From Hormiphora californensis (Eukaryota > Animalia > Ctenophora): a DNA stretch of 64,000 bases. The stretch lies in contig CM035358.1 of NCBI GenBank assembly GCA_020137815.1, positions 6,820,001-6,884,000 on the forward strand, read 5' to 3'. The notes under the pieces were generated by a model. It was not told the DNA's origin and ran no database searches. It saw only the letters and a program-made list of their open reading frames with translations. Below, piece by piece: positions 11,684-26,800 of this stretch. Both the position numbers and the translations under genes were made by a program. The number at the start of each line of letters is the position of its first letter. The stretch's first letter is position 1.

Positions 11684-11984
11684 TCCTGAGATTTCCTTAC
11701 CTTCATCCCACCCTTTTGGGATGACTAAACTAAAACGCTAACCCACCATCCCTTTGTAATAGGATGGAGTCCCAAACCTAGCATGCCTACAAAAACTGCC
11801 ATCCGGTTGATGTCCTAAAATAGCACCTTGTAAGTATTTTATGTGCTGGCAAGCCCCAAAAACCTCAATCATGATTCTGAGGAACCCCGTCCCTGATCCC
11901 CTCCCCCTTATATTGTTATTTATTTGAATTTCCGCTCTAGGCTGACTAGTAAAGAGGGTTAGAACATACCAACCCCCCGTCTAG

Positions 11985-12188
11985 GTGATAGAATCCTCAG
12001 CAAGTGCAGCAGCCAACAAGATTCTTGACCTACTGGATGTGAACACCAACAAAAGGTGGAGTGGCCCCGAATTCTTTGGGTTTACCAAGCCGGAAGTGGC
12101 CCGTGAACTCATGAAGGATAACGAATACTTTCTACCAGAGCACTTTAATAAGAGGAAAAAGTTTATTGATGATAAACACAATGCCCAG
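11985..12188 (+). CDS. Exon with first FYRC-like motif (VIESSASAAANKILDLLDVNTNKRWSGPEFFGFTKPEVARELM...)
   Basis: CTAG|GTG...CAG|GTACA, 204 bp, phase 0/0. SGPEFFGF is the FYRC signature, as in TBRG1. Confidence 0.8.
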
Positions 12189-12674
12189 GTACAAGGTTCT
12201 GTGCCCTGTTTGTGCCCTATTTTTACCCTGTTTGTAGAAATCTTTGCCTGGCTAGACTGTGTTTCGGGCGCCGAGCAAAGAAATCTATGTTGTGTGGTGG
12301 CAGGGGGTGTGTGTTTTGTTCCTTCTGAATACTACAATAATGGGAGCTAGAAGAAGTTCAATTTCAACTTCAAAAATGAAAAGAGCTTCAAAAAAAACAA
12401 TAAGATAGAGTCAAATTTCACTAGACAACGAATTGCATTGACACGAATTGCATTTGACACGTGGTGATCAATATAATTTGCACTTGACACGTGTTAGATC
12501 AATACTCTACCTATACCCCTAGGTCCGGAAAAGTAGGTCACTAATTGAGAATGAGCGGCGCCAGGTGAATTTTGTGTGAGATTTGAATCTTGCGGGATGG
12601 GATTGATTGAAGGCTTTCCTTAGTGTGTGTGTGTTTTCGAATTAATTCCGGCACTATGACTATGTGTGATTTGA

Positions 12675-12709
<35 letters not shown>

Positions 12710-13609
12710 TTCCATGTGTGTGTGCATGTGGGGTTGATCAGGTTGATTTTAGAAGGGTCTTAGTGTGATTGTATGTTTGAGAGTGATTGTGGGGCTTGAT
12801 CAGAGAAGAGAGAGAGGGAGAGAGAGAGAGAGAGAGAGAGAAAAGTAGAGTAAGAGAAAGACACGGAGAGAAAGGTAGAAGGAGAGGCCCTCTCTCAGTG
12901 TATGAGTGGAGTGCTCCGTCTCATTACTATACATCCTGATCAGCCCTGGATGAAGCTGCTTGAATATTATATAACCTCCGCGTCCTATCCCGCCTCCTCC
13001 CCGCGTCTGAGCATTATACACTGTCCCCCTCCCCCACCTCCCCCGTCCTCCCTCTCTCCCCCCACCGTCCCCCACCCCCCTCTCCCCTCGTCCTTCCCCT
13101 CCTGCGCGTCTGAGCAGTATACCCCCCCCCCACCCCGTCTTCTCCTCCCCAGCCCCCTCCCCCCGGCCGAATGTCCTCCCCTCCCGCACGTCTGAGCAGT
13201 ATACCACCCCCCCCCCCCCCCCCGTCCTCTCCACCCCCCCCCCCCTCCTCTTCCCTCCACCCCCCCCCCCTCGACTCTCCCCCCCCTCTCCTCTCGTCCT
13301 CTTCCCTCCCGCACGTCTGAGCAGTATAAACAATGCTGACCGCAACTGACACATAATAATGTTTGATATTACACACTCACACTTACCAAGGAAATATATC
13401 TGGTGATTTTGCGTGCTTGAATGTTGAGCCTACTGTGTGTCCGGGGGTGGGGGGGGGCCGAGGGGGGGGGGATGGGACGAGTGAAGGTGGTGGAAGAAGT
13501 CGTACATGTGTTATGTGTTTGTGTGTGAGTGGAGTAGTGTGAGAACATATATCTGTACTCTCGACGCATTTTATGCGTGTTTCCGGCTAGGAGAGAGTGA
13601 GAGAAAGGA

Positions 13610-13642
<33 letters not shown>

Positions 13643-16600
13643 TGAGAGAGAGAGAGTGAGAGAGAGATGGAGGGTGAAAGAAGAAAGAGAGGCCGGGGAA
13701 GGAAGATAGGAGAGAAAGATATAGATAGAGAAGAATAGAGAAGAATGGAGAAAGTAAGAGACTGAGACATTCATTCGTGAACGGATACACACACTTTCAC
13801 TCTTCCTATTCATCTCTATCTCTCTCTATCTTTCTATCTCTATCTCTCTCTAAGTGTGGCCCAGTCAATGATGCACTCGAATGCTCACACGCAATTGGGC
13901 AACTCTCCTACTGATTCTGCTTTAGATAGAGAGAATCAGGAGGGAGGGATGGAAGATAGAGATAAACAGGGATGGGGAGAGCGAGAGATAAACACGAGTG
14001 GGGAGGGAGAGAGAGAGGGGAGAGAGAGAGGGAGAATCATGTGAGTAGGGTAGTAAGACAACATATGGGGAGAGAGAGAGACCATCTACGATAGACATAT
14101 GGCAGTAAAAAGATCGGGTGCACAATTAGTTTCGACTACCACATTTTACACTGTCATGATCTCGCCAGTTAAACCATGACTCTCACGCCCTATAATACTT
14201 GCAACCTTCAAAATCCAGTGAAGCATAAAATGCACCAGCTAGGGAAAGAAAGACAGTAGTAATAAAGGATTTAAGATTAAAGTATATCGAGTCATATGGA
14301 GTTATACTGGAGTGGTTGAGACACTATCTGTGACTAGACACTATCTGTGACTAGATATTATATATTCTGTTCTACCAATTCCTCGGAACCCGCCCGTTAA
14401 CCTCACCTGCACCCTATAACCATATCTCTATTCCCAGGCGTGGAATTTCTCCGTCGGTAAAGGACCAAACCCCTCAACAAAAGACATCCTATTCTCCAAC
14501 CTGTACGCACCCACAATGGTTTCTTCCCTTGCCGCTAGTGTCAGCAGCGATGGAGGAGTGCAACTGGTGAAAACTCTGGAAAACGGCCTTCCCTTTACCA
14601 CCATATCATCTAGCAACAGTCCGATAAGGAGCAGTGACCACGATACTCACGGGTTAGTAGTAGTAGTAGGGTTAGTAATTAGTGCAGTGTGAATCGAGTG
14701 TGAATTGTGTGTGATCTCATGAAAGACAAGGTGTGAATTGTGTGATTTGAAATGTAGGGTGACTGTGCTGTTAAGTATTAGTGCTGTTAAATATTAGGCA
14801 ATTGTAACACCGTGCAATGTGTGCAGCAGTATCACCAGTCTTGATATACTTTACCCCAAACTCCAGTTGCTTTTTTTTTCACTCCAATTTACAAAAAGTC
14901 TCTAGCCGCGTCGCACGCGGCGAGATATAATTGTCGAACAAGGCAAGCAGCTGTACTAAACTATTTAGATTGTTATTTTTGTGCGATAGAAAACAGCAGT
15001 GAAATTCACATCCCCGTCTGGTTCAATTGTACAGCCCACAGACAACAGAGAATAATAAAAACTATGACAATCAAACATGGGCTGCTAATAAACAGTTAAC
15101 CAATCACCCAATTGCCAAAATTCACACCCCCCCCCCCAACAGGTTGAATGGTCTGGCTCTCCTGAATGGTAATGGTCATCTACCCTTGGTGCTCAGTAAC
15201 CTGGGTAATTCAACAGCTCATACATCACCAGTAACATCAAACACAAGGTAATTGTCTGTTAACTGTTTATCTGTTTGTTTATCTGTTATCCCTCTGTTAT
15301 CTCTTTATATTATATCTGTTATCTACTTAAAAAACGGTGGTTTTTACGGTCTATACAGTTTGTCTCATGATGTCTCAGGAGGATCATCTGTTTAATTATT
15401 ATAAGAGGGGATAAGTGACAATGGTTATATAATAATGGCTTGGCAAGAATGTCAACATCTTATCTTTGTGTCGGTTTGTCAGCTACTACCTACTTTGAAA
15501 TTAAAGCACAGACAGTGCTGCACCAGTTCTAGTCCGTTGTTCATTGTCTCACAGGGTAGATCAGCAATCTGTAGAATTGTGGTTTTCTAATTCTGGGGGG
15601 GGGGGAGGGTTTATAATTCTGGGACCCTCTTTCAAAAAAGGGGGAAAATTTTTTTTTGGGGGTTGAAAGGGGGGGAAAAATTTTTCCCCGGAATAAAAAA
15701 CTTTTTTAATTTTTTTAAAAAATTTTGGGGGGAAAATTTTTAAAAGGGAAAACCCAAAAAAATTTAATTTTTGGGGGAAAAAACCCCAATAAACCCCGGG
15801 CCCCTTTTTTTAAAAAAAAAAAGGGGGGAAAAAAAAAAGGGGGGGGAAAAAAGGGGGGGGGGAAAAAAAAAAAGGGGAAAAAAGAAAAAAAAAAATTTTC
15901 CCCCCAAAAAACCCCCCCGGGGAAAAAAAAAGGGGCTTTTTTAAAAAAAAAGTAAAAAACCCCAAAAAAAAACCCACCCCCCCCCAAAAATTTTTTGGGG
16001 GGGTTTTTTTTTAAAAGGGGGGGAAAACCAAAAAAAAAGGGAAAAAAAAAAAGGGGGGCCCAAAAATTTTTTTCCCCCCCCCAATTTTAAAATTTTTTTT
16101 TAAAAAAAAAGGGAAAAAAAATTTTTCCCCAAAGTTTTTTTTTTGGGGGGGGGCCTTTTTTTAAAAAGGGGGGGGGTTATAAAAACCCCCCCGGGGGAAA
16201 AATTTTTGGTAAAATTTTCCCCCCCCCCAAATTTGGGCCCCCCCAAAAACCCCCCCCCGGGGGGGGGGGGAAAAGGGGGAAAGTTTTTTAAGGGGGGGGG
16301 GGGGTTTTTTTTTTTTTTTGGGGGAAAAAAAAAAATTTTTAAGGTTTTTTTTTTGGGGGTTTGGGAAAATTTTTTTTTTAAAAAATTTTTTTTTAAAAAA
16401 TTGGAAAAAAGGGCAAAAAAAAGGGGCCCCCCTTTTTGGGGGGGTCACCTCCTCCTATTTTTTTTCCCCCCCCCTTTTAACCCCCCCCCCAAAAAAAAAA
16501 ATTTTTTTTTTAAAAAGGGGGGGGGGGAAAAAAAGGGGTTTTTTTTCCCCCCCCCTTTTTTAAAATTTTTTTTTAAAAAATTTTGGGGTTCCCCCGGAAA

Positions 16601-17783
16601 AAAAAAAAAAAAAGGGGGGAAAAAGGGGAAAAAAAAAAATAAAAAAAATTTTTTTCCCCCCCCCCCCCCCCGGGGGGGGGAAAAAAAAAAAAGGGGGGGG
16701 GGGAAAAAAAAAAGGGGGGGCCCCCCCCCCCCGGGGAAAAAAGGGGGGGGGGAAAAAAAGGGGGAAGAGGGGGGGGGAAAAAAAAAAAAAAACGGGGGGG
16801 GGGGGGGAAAAAAAAAGGGGGGGGGTTTCCCAAAAAAAAAAAAGGGCAAAAAAAAGGGGGCCCCAAAAAAAAAAAAAAACCCCCCCCCAAAAAAAAAAAG
16901 GGGGGAAAAAAGGGGAAAAAAAAAAGGGGGGGGAAAAAAAGGGGGGGGAAAAAAAAAAAAGGGGGGGGGGGTTTTTTGGGAAAAGGGTTTTTTTTTTTAA
17001 CCCCCCGGGCCTTTTTTGGGGAAAACCCAAGGCCCAAAAAAAAAAATGGGGGGGGGGAAAAAAGGGGAAAAAGGGGGGAAGGGGGAAAGGAAAAAAGGGG
17101 CGGGGGGGAGAGAAAAAAGGGGGAAAAAAAGGGGGGGGAAAGGGGAAAAAGGGTTTTGGGGGGGGGGAAAAAAAAAAGGGGGGGGAACCCTTTTTTTTGG
17201 GGAAAAGAAAAAAGTGGTGTTTATTTTATTTAATTTGGGTACCCCTTTCCCTTGGGGGGGTAGAAGGGAAAAAAGGGGGAAGAAAGAGGAGGAGATAAGG
17301 AAGGCAAAAGGGCCCGAGGAGGCGGACGCGAGAAGAAGAAAAGACGAAGAAAGGGAAGGAGCTAGAAAGAAGAGAGAGAGGAAAGATCCTCTTCCCCTTT
17401 ACCCTTTCTCTTCTTCCTCTCTCTCCTCTCTCTTTTCTCTCTCTCTCACCATTTTTTTTTTTTTAAATTTTCCTTGTCTTGTGTGCGCTGACAGATTGCA
17501 GTATCTTCGTAACAGAGAAGGGGAGAGAGAGGAAGAAATGAAATAGAGAGAAAGAGAGGGAGAGAAAGATAGATGGAGAGATAGAGAGAGAGAGAGAGAG
17601 AAAGATAGATAGATAGAGAGGGAGCGCTAGAAATGAAGGAGGCTATCCGCAAGGAATTCCCCGACGCTCATTAGGTCGTATATGGTTTTTTACACAATTC
17701 ATTATATATGCTCCCCCTCCCTGCCCATCTCCACTCCGTGTAACTTTTGCCACCCGGCCCTGTCACCCCTAACCTTCTCCCGG

Positions 17784-17827
<44 letters not shown>

Positions 17828-17854
17828 GGGGGGAGAGAGAGAAAGAGAGAGGGG

Positions 17855-17886
<32 letters not shown>

Positions 17887-20800
17887 ATAGTGGATAAATA
17901 CAGGGTTATAATGGAGAGAATAGGAGAGGGAAAGCGGGTGTAATGGACTTGAAGACAAATTCGAGCGATCACCTATGAGAGATGGATAGAGAGGTAGAGA
18001 TAGAGAGATAGAGCGAGAAAGAGAGAGATAGAGAGAGGGCGAGACAGAGGGGAATATATATACGATAGAGTGAATCAGTGAGAAAATGAGACATGCGAGT
18101 TATAGTACGCGGGATTGTGGCCAGGGAGTAAGTCGATTTATTAAAGCCATTATTCATACTGGAATTATTGGTTTTACAGAAATCCATGTTCCAAATAACA
18201 CCACTTTAATACCCAGCTGAGCCATGACACTATTACAGCTGTTATATTTCATGCTCCCAACAAACACCCCAAATTCTTCCTAAGATCCCTGTTTTCTTCT
18301 CCCTAGCCCTAAACCCGTATCTACTTCTTCCCTCTCAGTCCCGTATCTAACTACTTCTTCCCCCATCAGTCCCGTATCTAACTACTTCTTCCCCCATTAG
18401 TCCCGTATCTAACTACTTCTCTCCCCCATCAGCCCCGTATCTAACTACTTCTTCCCTCTCAGTCCCGTATCTAACTACTTCTCTCCCCCACCAGTCCCGT
18501 GTCTAACTATTTCTCTCCCCTCTCAGTCCCGTATCTAACTATTTCTTCCCCCATTAGTCCCGTATCTAACTATTTCTTCCCCCATTAGTCCCGTATCTAA
18601 CTACTTTTCTCCCCCATTAGTCCCGTATCTAACTACTTCTCTCCCCCATTAGTCCCGTATCTAACTATTTCTTCCCCCATTAGTCCCGTATCTAACTACT
18701 TCTCTCCCCCATTAGTCCCGTATCTAACTACTTCTCTCCCCCATTAGTCCCGTATCTAACTACTTCTCTCCCCCATTAGTCCCGTATCTAACTACTTCTC
18801 TCCCCCATCAGCCCCGTATCTAACTACTTCTCTCCCCCATTAGTCCCGTATCTAACTATTTCTCTCCCCCATTAGTCCCGTATCTAACTACTTCTCTCCC
18901 CCATTAGTCCCGTATCTAACTATTTCTTCCCCCATTAGTCCCGTATCTAACTACTTCTCTCCCCCATTAGTCCCGTATCTAACTATTTCTCTCCCCCATT
19001 AGTCCCGTATCTAACTACTTCTCTCCCCCATTAGTCCCGTATCTAACTACTTCTCTCCCCCATTAGTCCCGTATCTAGCTACTTCTCTCCCCATCAGTCC
19101 CGTATCTAACTACTTCTCTCCCCCATCAGTCCCGTATCTAACTATTTCTTCCCCCATTAGTCCCGTATCTAACTATTTCTTCCCCCTTAGTCCCGTTATT
19201 CAAAGTGGAATCCCCATTAGTGACTGGGGTAGAACTAATCTTCCCCCATAGTGCCGTATCTAAACCCCTGTTCTCCACCACAGTGCCCGTTTTTAAAAAC
19301 ATTTCTTCCGTATGTGATTAAAATTTTCCCGTTGTTAACGCGTGATAACTTACCCAATTATCCCAATAGATATACCTCACGCGTGTACCGTATTCATAAA
19401 ATTTTCGACCATTCCGTTCTAAATATTTCTTCCCCATTAGTCCCGTGATATTAAATTTCTCCCATTAGTCCATCAACATATATTCCTTCACCATTAGTGC
19501 CCATCATCTATTTCTCCCCCTTAGTCCCGTATCTAACTACTTCTCCCCCTTAGTCCCGTATCTAACTACTTTTCCCCCTTTATCCCGTGTCGAGGGGTTC
19601 AGAAGTGGGAATCCCCCCCACTTCTAACTACTTTCTCCCCCTGCCCGGGGTTCGACGGGTTCCAGAAGTGAGGAATCCCTAAACGTGACTTGGGTTGAAC
19701 TGAAGAGCATTGGAAAACCTTCCCCACCGTGAGTATAAAAACAAATGTGGTTCTGATGTAAATAAGCCAATTTTTTGATAAGCGTATAAATTCCAAATTC
19801 TCACCAATTGAAAACACCATACAAAACGCGTGATACTCTGTAATTCATGATATATTGGACCATTCCTTATCTTAAATTCACTACTGACCTAAAGAGGTGA
19901 TAAGGGTTTTTAAAAGAAAAATTTAAATTGCCCCACTTAATTTTAACAAATATTCCGTTACAAGCGTTTTTTTAAAAAACATTTCAGCCAACAAGGGGAT
20001 TACAAGCATTGAAAGGGGTCCCGGTCCAACCGGTTTACCTCCCCCGATCACCCCCGAAACCCTCAAAACGAGGAGGTTCTCATTTGGAGCGAGGTGGGTT
20101 AATTTAAATTTAAATTAATTACCCCTTTACAAAAAAAATCTTTGTTTTGAATAAGTGGCAGTCCAAAGCTGGGTTGGAGAAAAAACCCTTGGGTTGATGA
20201 TCAACCCCCCGTTTTACCCGGGGATGCGGGGGGGAAAAAGGTTTTTACCCTCCGGTAAATGGGGGGGTTCGGAAAATTGGGGCCCAAAAAGTTTTAAATT
20301 ATCTCGTCATGAAAAAAACCAACATTCTGATTTCGAGATATCTTCATTTCATTCCCTTTCTTCTGTTTGATATGTTCTTGTACACTATTACATTTCACGA
20401 GGAATGAGTGGGGTGTTTTTTATTAGGACAGCGTAACCCGGAAAAACTCTTAAGAGATTATCATATCTGGAAAACCCCCCCCCCCCCCCCCCCCCCCCCG
20501 TTGAGCTTTGGGAAAAAACTCCTTTTCTACTCTAGCCAAATTTTTTTTGTTTCTTTTTTATTTTTAAATCCCCTTCTTTTTTTCCTCTCTCATTCCATTT
20601 TTTCTCTATTTTCTTTTTCGAAAAAAAAAGGGAAAACAAACCAAAAAATCGTTGTGTGGCCCACCCGCCGAGTGCGAGGGTTCGATAATGGTAAGGGGGG
20701 ATTGAGGGTTCGATGACAAGGAATGGGGGGTTTTAGTGGGAAAGGGAAACCCGCTATCCCCCCCGTCTAATTCCCCCTTTTGTAGTTTTGTTTTACTGCC

Positions 20801-23800
20801 CGGTCTGCCCGCCCCTATGCTCCTGTCCCCCCCTAAAATTCCTATAATTTTTAGCCCAATTTTGGGCCCAGTCACAAAATTTTCCCAAATTACAATGTTT
20901 CCGGGGGTTTAAAAAGTGTATTGTGAAAATTTTAGGGGGTGTTAACTGAAATGTCGTTTTTGCTGTGCGAGCCCCTTTGGGCGAAACAAGAAAAACACGT
21001 AAAGGGGTTATTAACAAGCATGGGGGCCTCAGTCATTTTAGTTTTAATCCCCAATGTAAGGATACCATGTAATAGGTGAGACTCTGCCGTCCCCCCTCGT
21101 TCAAGTCCCGTGAAAAACGGAGCAATACACGCAAGCTGTCCCCCCCATTTCCCCCGCGTGCCCCCCTTTCACAGTTTGAGACCCAAAATTTTTTAAGGGG
21201 GCCATATTTGGAAACCAACCAAAAAGGAAAAATCCCCGTCTAACGGGGCGTAATTTTTAAAATTTATTTTACCACTGTCCCGGCCGTTTCATCTCCGGCC
21301 CAAAAAACAAAAATCGCAACCCCACAAAATTTCCCAAAAAAAATGAAATTGGGAAATCTCCCCTGTCGGTTGTGTCGTTTTGGATTTTCCGGCCCATGTT
21401 TTTGACGCCCCTGCGTTAAAACTCTCACACAGCAGCCCCAGAACATGGGGAAAAACATCGAGGAGTAGAAAAGGGGGACCGGTGCCGAACCAAAAAAAAA
21501 TTTCTTGTTTCGGGATCTATTTCCATCTCCCCCACATCCACCCCATCAACTCGATTCTCCCCGCAAAAAACCCCAACCCTCATCTACCCCAAATTTTTCA
21601 GCTACCCAAACCCCTTAATCTATTCCATCTTCACTAACCCTATTTCCCCTCTTTCTCCTCCATTCTCAGCTTCCCTTTTAGGGAAGCTAGAAAAGGGAAA
21701 CGATTAGGGGTGGGGAAAAAACCCTACCTTTAATCTTTTCCATCCCCTATGCTTCCCTAGCCCCCCATAAACCTCCATTTTCACCTCCCCCCAAACCCCA
21801 ATCTGGGCCACTTCCCCCCGCTCCCCTACCCTCATCTACTCCATCTTCAGCCCCCTACCTCCCATTTACCCATCTCTCAGTACCCTACCTCCCATTTATT
21901 TAAATCTCCAGTTTCCCTACCTCCCTTTACTCCACCCCTCTCAGTTTAACCCTACCTCCCATTTACCCCCCTCTCGTTTCCCCTACCCCCCTTTTTAACT
22001 AAATTCTCAGATACCCTACCCCCCATTTACCCCATCTTCGGTTACCAACCCCCCCATTTTAAACCCCCATCTCTCAGTTCCCTACCCCCCCAAATTTACT
22101 CCATCTTCAGATCCCAACCCCCCCTTTTAAACCCTTTATCTTCCTTTCCCCTCCCATTTACCCCCTTTTCCCCGCTTCCCTCCCTTTCCCCTTTTACTCC
22201 TCTCTAAAGTTCCCAAACCTCTCATTTACCCATCTCCCCGCAAAACCCTCCCCTCCCTTTTAAATCCTTCTTCAGCTTCCCTACCTCCCATTTTTACTCC
22301 ATCTCTCAGTTTCCTACCTCCCATTACTCCATCTCCACTTTCCCACCTTCCATTTACCCCATCTACAGTTTTCCCTACCTCCCATTTACCCCTATTCAGT
22401 TTTCCCTAAAAAAATCCCATTTACCCCAATCTCTCAGACCCTCCCTTTCCCATTTACTCCTCTATGCTCCCCTCCCCTCCCCCTTTTTACTCCATCTCTC
22501 AGCTCCCTACCCCCCTTTTTAACCCCATCTTCAGTTACCTACCTCCCTTTTCCCCATCTCTCATTTTCCCCTACCCCCATTTACTCCATCCCTCAGTTCC
22601 CCTACCCCCCCATTTCTCTACCCCCAAGCACCCTACCACCCATTTACCCCCTTCCCCTCTCACCTTTTCCTTTCCCCCCTTTTCCCCTTTCCCCCTCAAT
22701 TTTCCCTCCCTTTTCCAATTTTTACTCCTTTCCCCCTCAGTACCCTACCTCCCATTTACTCCATCTCTCAGCTTCCCATTTTTTTCCATCTTTAAAGGTT
22801 TCCCCAACCTCCCTTTTACCCCAAATCGTTTAAACCTTCCCAAACCCCCATTTTTATTTCCACTCTCACCCTTCCCTCCCTCCCTTTTAAAACCCCCATT
22901 CTCAGTTTCCCCTACTTCCCTTTACCCCCTTTTCCCCATTTTACCTCCCCCTCCCATTTACTCCCATCTTCAGTTCCCCTACCTCCCTTTTACCCCTTTC
23001 TCTCAGCTTCCCTACCACCCATTTACTCCATCCCCAGTCCCCCAAACCTCCCTTCACCCCATCTTTTCAGCTCCCCCTACCCCCCCAATTTACTCCATCT
23101 CTCGTTCCCCCTACCCCCCCATTTACCCATTTTCCCCCCAGTTCCTCCCTTTTCCATTTCCCTCCATCTATCAGTTTAAACCTACCCCCCCATTTACTCC
23201 ATATCTCAGCTTCCCTCCCTGCCATTTACTCCATTTTTTCGGGATACCCTACCCCCATTTTTCTCCATTTTTTTCAGCTTCCCCCTCCTCTCTTTTACCC
23301 CCCCAAAACCCCCCCTCCTTCCCCCTTTCCCATTTCCCCTTCCATCTCTCAGCTTCCCTACCCCAAAAATTTACCCCCCATCTCTAATTTCCCTACCTCC
23401 CTTTTAAATTTCCCATCTCTCAGCACCCTACCCCCTTTTTTTACCCATCTCTAAAGTTTTCCCCTTTTACCCAATTTTTTCCACTTTTTTTTTTTTTCCT
23501 ACCTCCCATTTATCCATTTTTTTTAAACCTTCCAAAACCCCCCCTTTCCCTTCCATCCCCCCTCAGCTTCCCTCCCTCCCATTTACTCCACCCTTCACTT
23601 CCTACCTCCCATTTACCCCCATCTCTCTTTATCCTCCCCATTCCTCCCCTGAGAGTAAAAGTAAATGGGAGGTGGGAAGTTTGGGATAGATGGGAAGTAA
23701 ATGGGGGGGGGTAGGGCCTTTTGAAAAAGGGAAAGTAAATGGGGGGTGGGAAAAGGGTGAGAGATGGAGTAAATGGGTGGTAGGGAGTAAAGAGAAGATT

Positions 23801-26800
23801 AAATGGGAGGTGGGAAGGGGGGAGGGATGGAGAAAAAGGGGAGGTAGGTAAGCTGGAGAGGGAAGAAAAGGGGAGGTGGGGGGGAAAAGCGGAGAGGGGA
23901 AATTTAAATGGGGTGGGGTACCCTGAGAGAGGGGGAAATGGGGGTAGGGTAGCTGAAGTGGGGGAAATGGGGGTGGGGAAAAAGGAGAGATGGGGGTAAA
24001 TGGAAGGAAAGGGTAGTTGAGAGTGGTAAATGGGAGGTAGGGAAGCGGAAAGTTTGGATTTAAAAAAGGAGGGTAGCTGGAGGGGAGGGGGAAGGGGAGG
24101 GAGGTGGGGGAAATCGGGGGGAAGAGATGGAGAAAAAGGGGGAAGGTGGGTAGGGAAAATGGGGGTATTTTAAAAAGGGGGGGGTGGGAAAAAAGTGGGG
24201 GAAATTTGGGAAGAAAAATGGGAGGTGGGGTTTTATTGAGGTTTGGAGTAAAATGGGAGGTAGGGAAGTTTGGGAGAGGGGATCAAGGGGGTTTTGGGTA
24301 TGGTACTGAGGGATGGAAAAATTTGGGGGGTTTATTTAAAAGTTTAGAGATGGAGTAAAGGGGTTGGGGGTAGGGTAAGCTTGAAAAAAGGGGGATTAAA
24401 TGGGAGGTAGGGTATTGGAAGGGAAAAGAAAAATGGGAGGTGGGGAAAGGCGGGGGAAAATGGGGGGAAAAATGGGAGGTAGGTAAGTAAAGAAGGGGAG
24501 TAAATGGGGGGTTTAGGGAAGCGAGAAAAGGGGAGAAATGGGGGGTTTAGGGTGCGGAAAATGGAGTAAAATGGGAGGGTGGGGTTTACTGAGAGATAGA
24601 GTAATGAGGAGTAGGGGTAGCAAAGAGAGGGAAAAGGGTTTGGGAGGGGGAAATTCCCTACCCCTAATCTTTCCATCTCTATGTTCCCCTTTCAAAATAG
24701 GGAAAGGGGGCTGAGAGATGGATAGATGGGGGGTTTTAGGGTAGCTAAAAGAGGATGGAAGATAAGGTTAGGGTTTTACAAAAAAATGGATTTAGTGAGG
24801 GGTGGGATTTAGCTGAGTGGGAGTTGGGGAATTAGGGGTAGGGAGCGGGAGAAAATCGGTTGATGGGGGTTTGGGAAATTGGAGAGAGGGAGTAGATCAA
24901 ATAAAGGGAAATATTTGATTCGGCCCGACCCTCTTTTCCTCCTCGATGTTTCCCCCCATTTCTGCAGTTTGCTGTGTGGGGGGGTTGAACGGGGAGCGCG
25001 TCAAAAAAAGACACGACAAAAAACCGACATGCAACACGACGGCAAAGAGGGGGAATTTTCATTTTTTTAAAAGTTTTGTGGGGTTGCGTTTTTTGTTTTA
25101 TTTCGGAGAGTAAAAGGGCCCCGGTACGGGGGTAAACTGTTTAAAAACTGTACGCCTCTTTAGAGGGGCCGATTTTTCCTATCTTTTGGGGGAATTCCCC
25201 CAAAAAAGGGGGGTTTTAAAAAAGGGGGGGGGGGGAAAAGGGGGGGGTTTTTCCCTTTTTAAAGGGACTGGAACGAGGGTGACGGGAAGAGTCTCACCTA
25301 TTACATGGTAACCTTTTGGGTTTTTTTTTTTTAAAAAAGCAATTTTTTAAAAACCCCGTTTTTTTTTTTTTTGGGGGAGCCCCCCAAAAACAGTTTTTCC
25401 CCCCCGGGCCCCCCAAAAAAATTTTAAAAAATTTCCCCCGGGGGGTGGAAAAAAAAACCCTTTTAAACCCCACCCCAAAAAAATTACCAAAACAAAAACC
25501 CCCAACTAAACCCCCCCCCCCCCTTTTTTTTTTTCCCCCCCCCAAATTTTTTTTTGGGGGGGGGCCCCCCCCCCCTTTTCCCCTTCCCCTTTTTTTTTTC
25601 CCGGTTTCCCAAAAACCCCCCCCCCCCTTTTTTTCCCCCCCCCCCCTTTTTCCCCCCCCCAAAAAAAACCCTTTTTTTTTTTTTTTTTCCCCCCCCCCCT
25701 TTTTTCCCCCCCCCCCCCCCCCTTTTTTTTTCCCCCCCTCTCTCTCCCCTCCCCCTCCTCTCTTTGTTTTCCTCTCCCCTCCTCCCCCCCCTTTTTCCCC
25801 CCTCCCTTTTTTCTTTTTTTTTTCCCCCCATCCCCTTTTTTTTTTTTTTTTGGGCCCCCCGGGGGGGCCCCCCCTTTTTCCCCCCCCCCCGGGGGCCCCC
25901 CCTTCCCCGGGGGGGTTTTTTTTTCCCCCTTTAAAAAAAGGGGTTTTTTTTTTTTTAAAAAAAAAAAAAAAAACCTTTTTTAAAAAACCCCAAATTTCCC
26001 AAAATAAAAAAAAAAACCTTTAAAATGGAAACCCCGGGGCCCCCCCGGGAAAAAATTTTCCCCCCCCCCGGGGCCCCTTTTTTTTTTTTTTGGTTTTCCC
26101 TTTTTTTTCCCCCCCCCCCCTTTTTTTTTAAAAAAATTTTATTTAAAAAAAAATTTTTTAAATTTTTTTTGGGGGTTTTTTTTTTTTTCCCCCCCCCCCC
26201 GGGGGGCCCCCTTTTTTTTTTGGGGGTTTAAAAGTTTTTTTTTTTCCTTTTTTTCCCCCTTTTTTTTTTTTTCCCCCCCCCCCCCCTTTTTTTTCCCAAA
26301 AAGTTTTTTTTTTGGTTAAATTAAAAAACCCCCCCCAAAAAATTTTTAAAACCCCTTTTTTTCCCCCCCCCCCCTCCCGGGGGGGGTTTTTTTTTTTTTT
26401 GGGGGGGGGGGGGGAAAAAAAAAAAAAAAAATTTTTTTCCCCCCCTTTTTTTTTTTGGGGGGGGGGGGGTTTTCCCCCAACCTTTTGGAAATTTTCCCAT
26501 TTAAAAAAAAAAAACCCCCCCCAAAAACCCCCCGGGTTTGGGGGGGTTTAAAAAAAATTTTGGGGAAAAAAAAAAAAAAAAAAGGGGGAAAAAAAAAACC
26601 CCCCCCCTTTTTTTGGGCCCCCGGGGGTTTCCAAAAAGGGGGGTTTGCATTTTTTTAAAAATTTTTTTTTTCCTTTTCCCCAAATTTTTTTTTTTTCTTT
26701 TTCCCCCTTTTTTTTTCCCCCCCCCTTTTTTCCCAAATTTTAAAACCTTTTAAAAAAAAAAAAAAAAAATTTTTTTTTCCCTTTTTTCCCCCCCCAAAAT

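Noticed and set aside
9858-11972. Possible 2.1-kb element bounded by inverted TATGTTCTAACCCTC motifs
   Set aside because: The flanks show no TSD and the motif occurs independently elsewhere.
15715-17546. Many Lys/Gly/Phe/Pro-rich ORFs
   Set aside because: Products of homopolymer-corrupted sequence (AAA/GGG/TTT/CCC codons).
18315-19200. CRISPR-like periodicity of ~32 bp (also 33660-34562)
   Set aside because: Contiguous tandem units with no unique spacers, no cas genes and a eukaryotic context.
22464-23387. 307-aa Pro-rich ORF
   Set aside because: Degraded pyrimidine-rich minisatellite.
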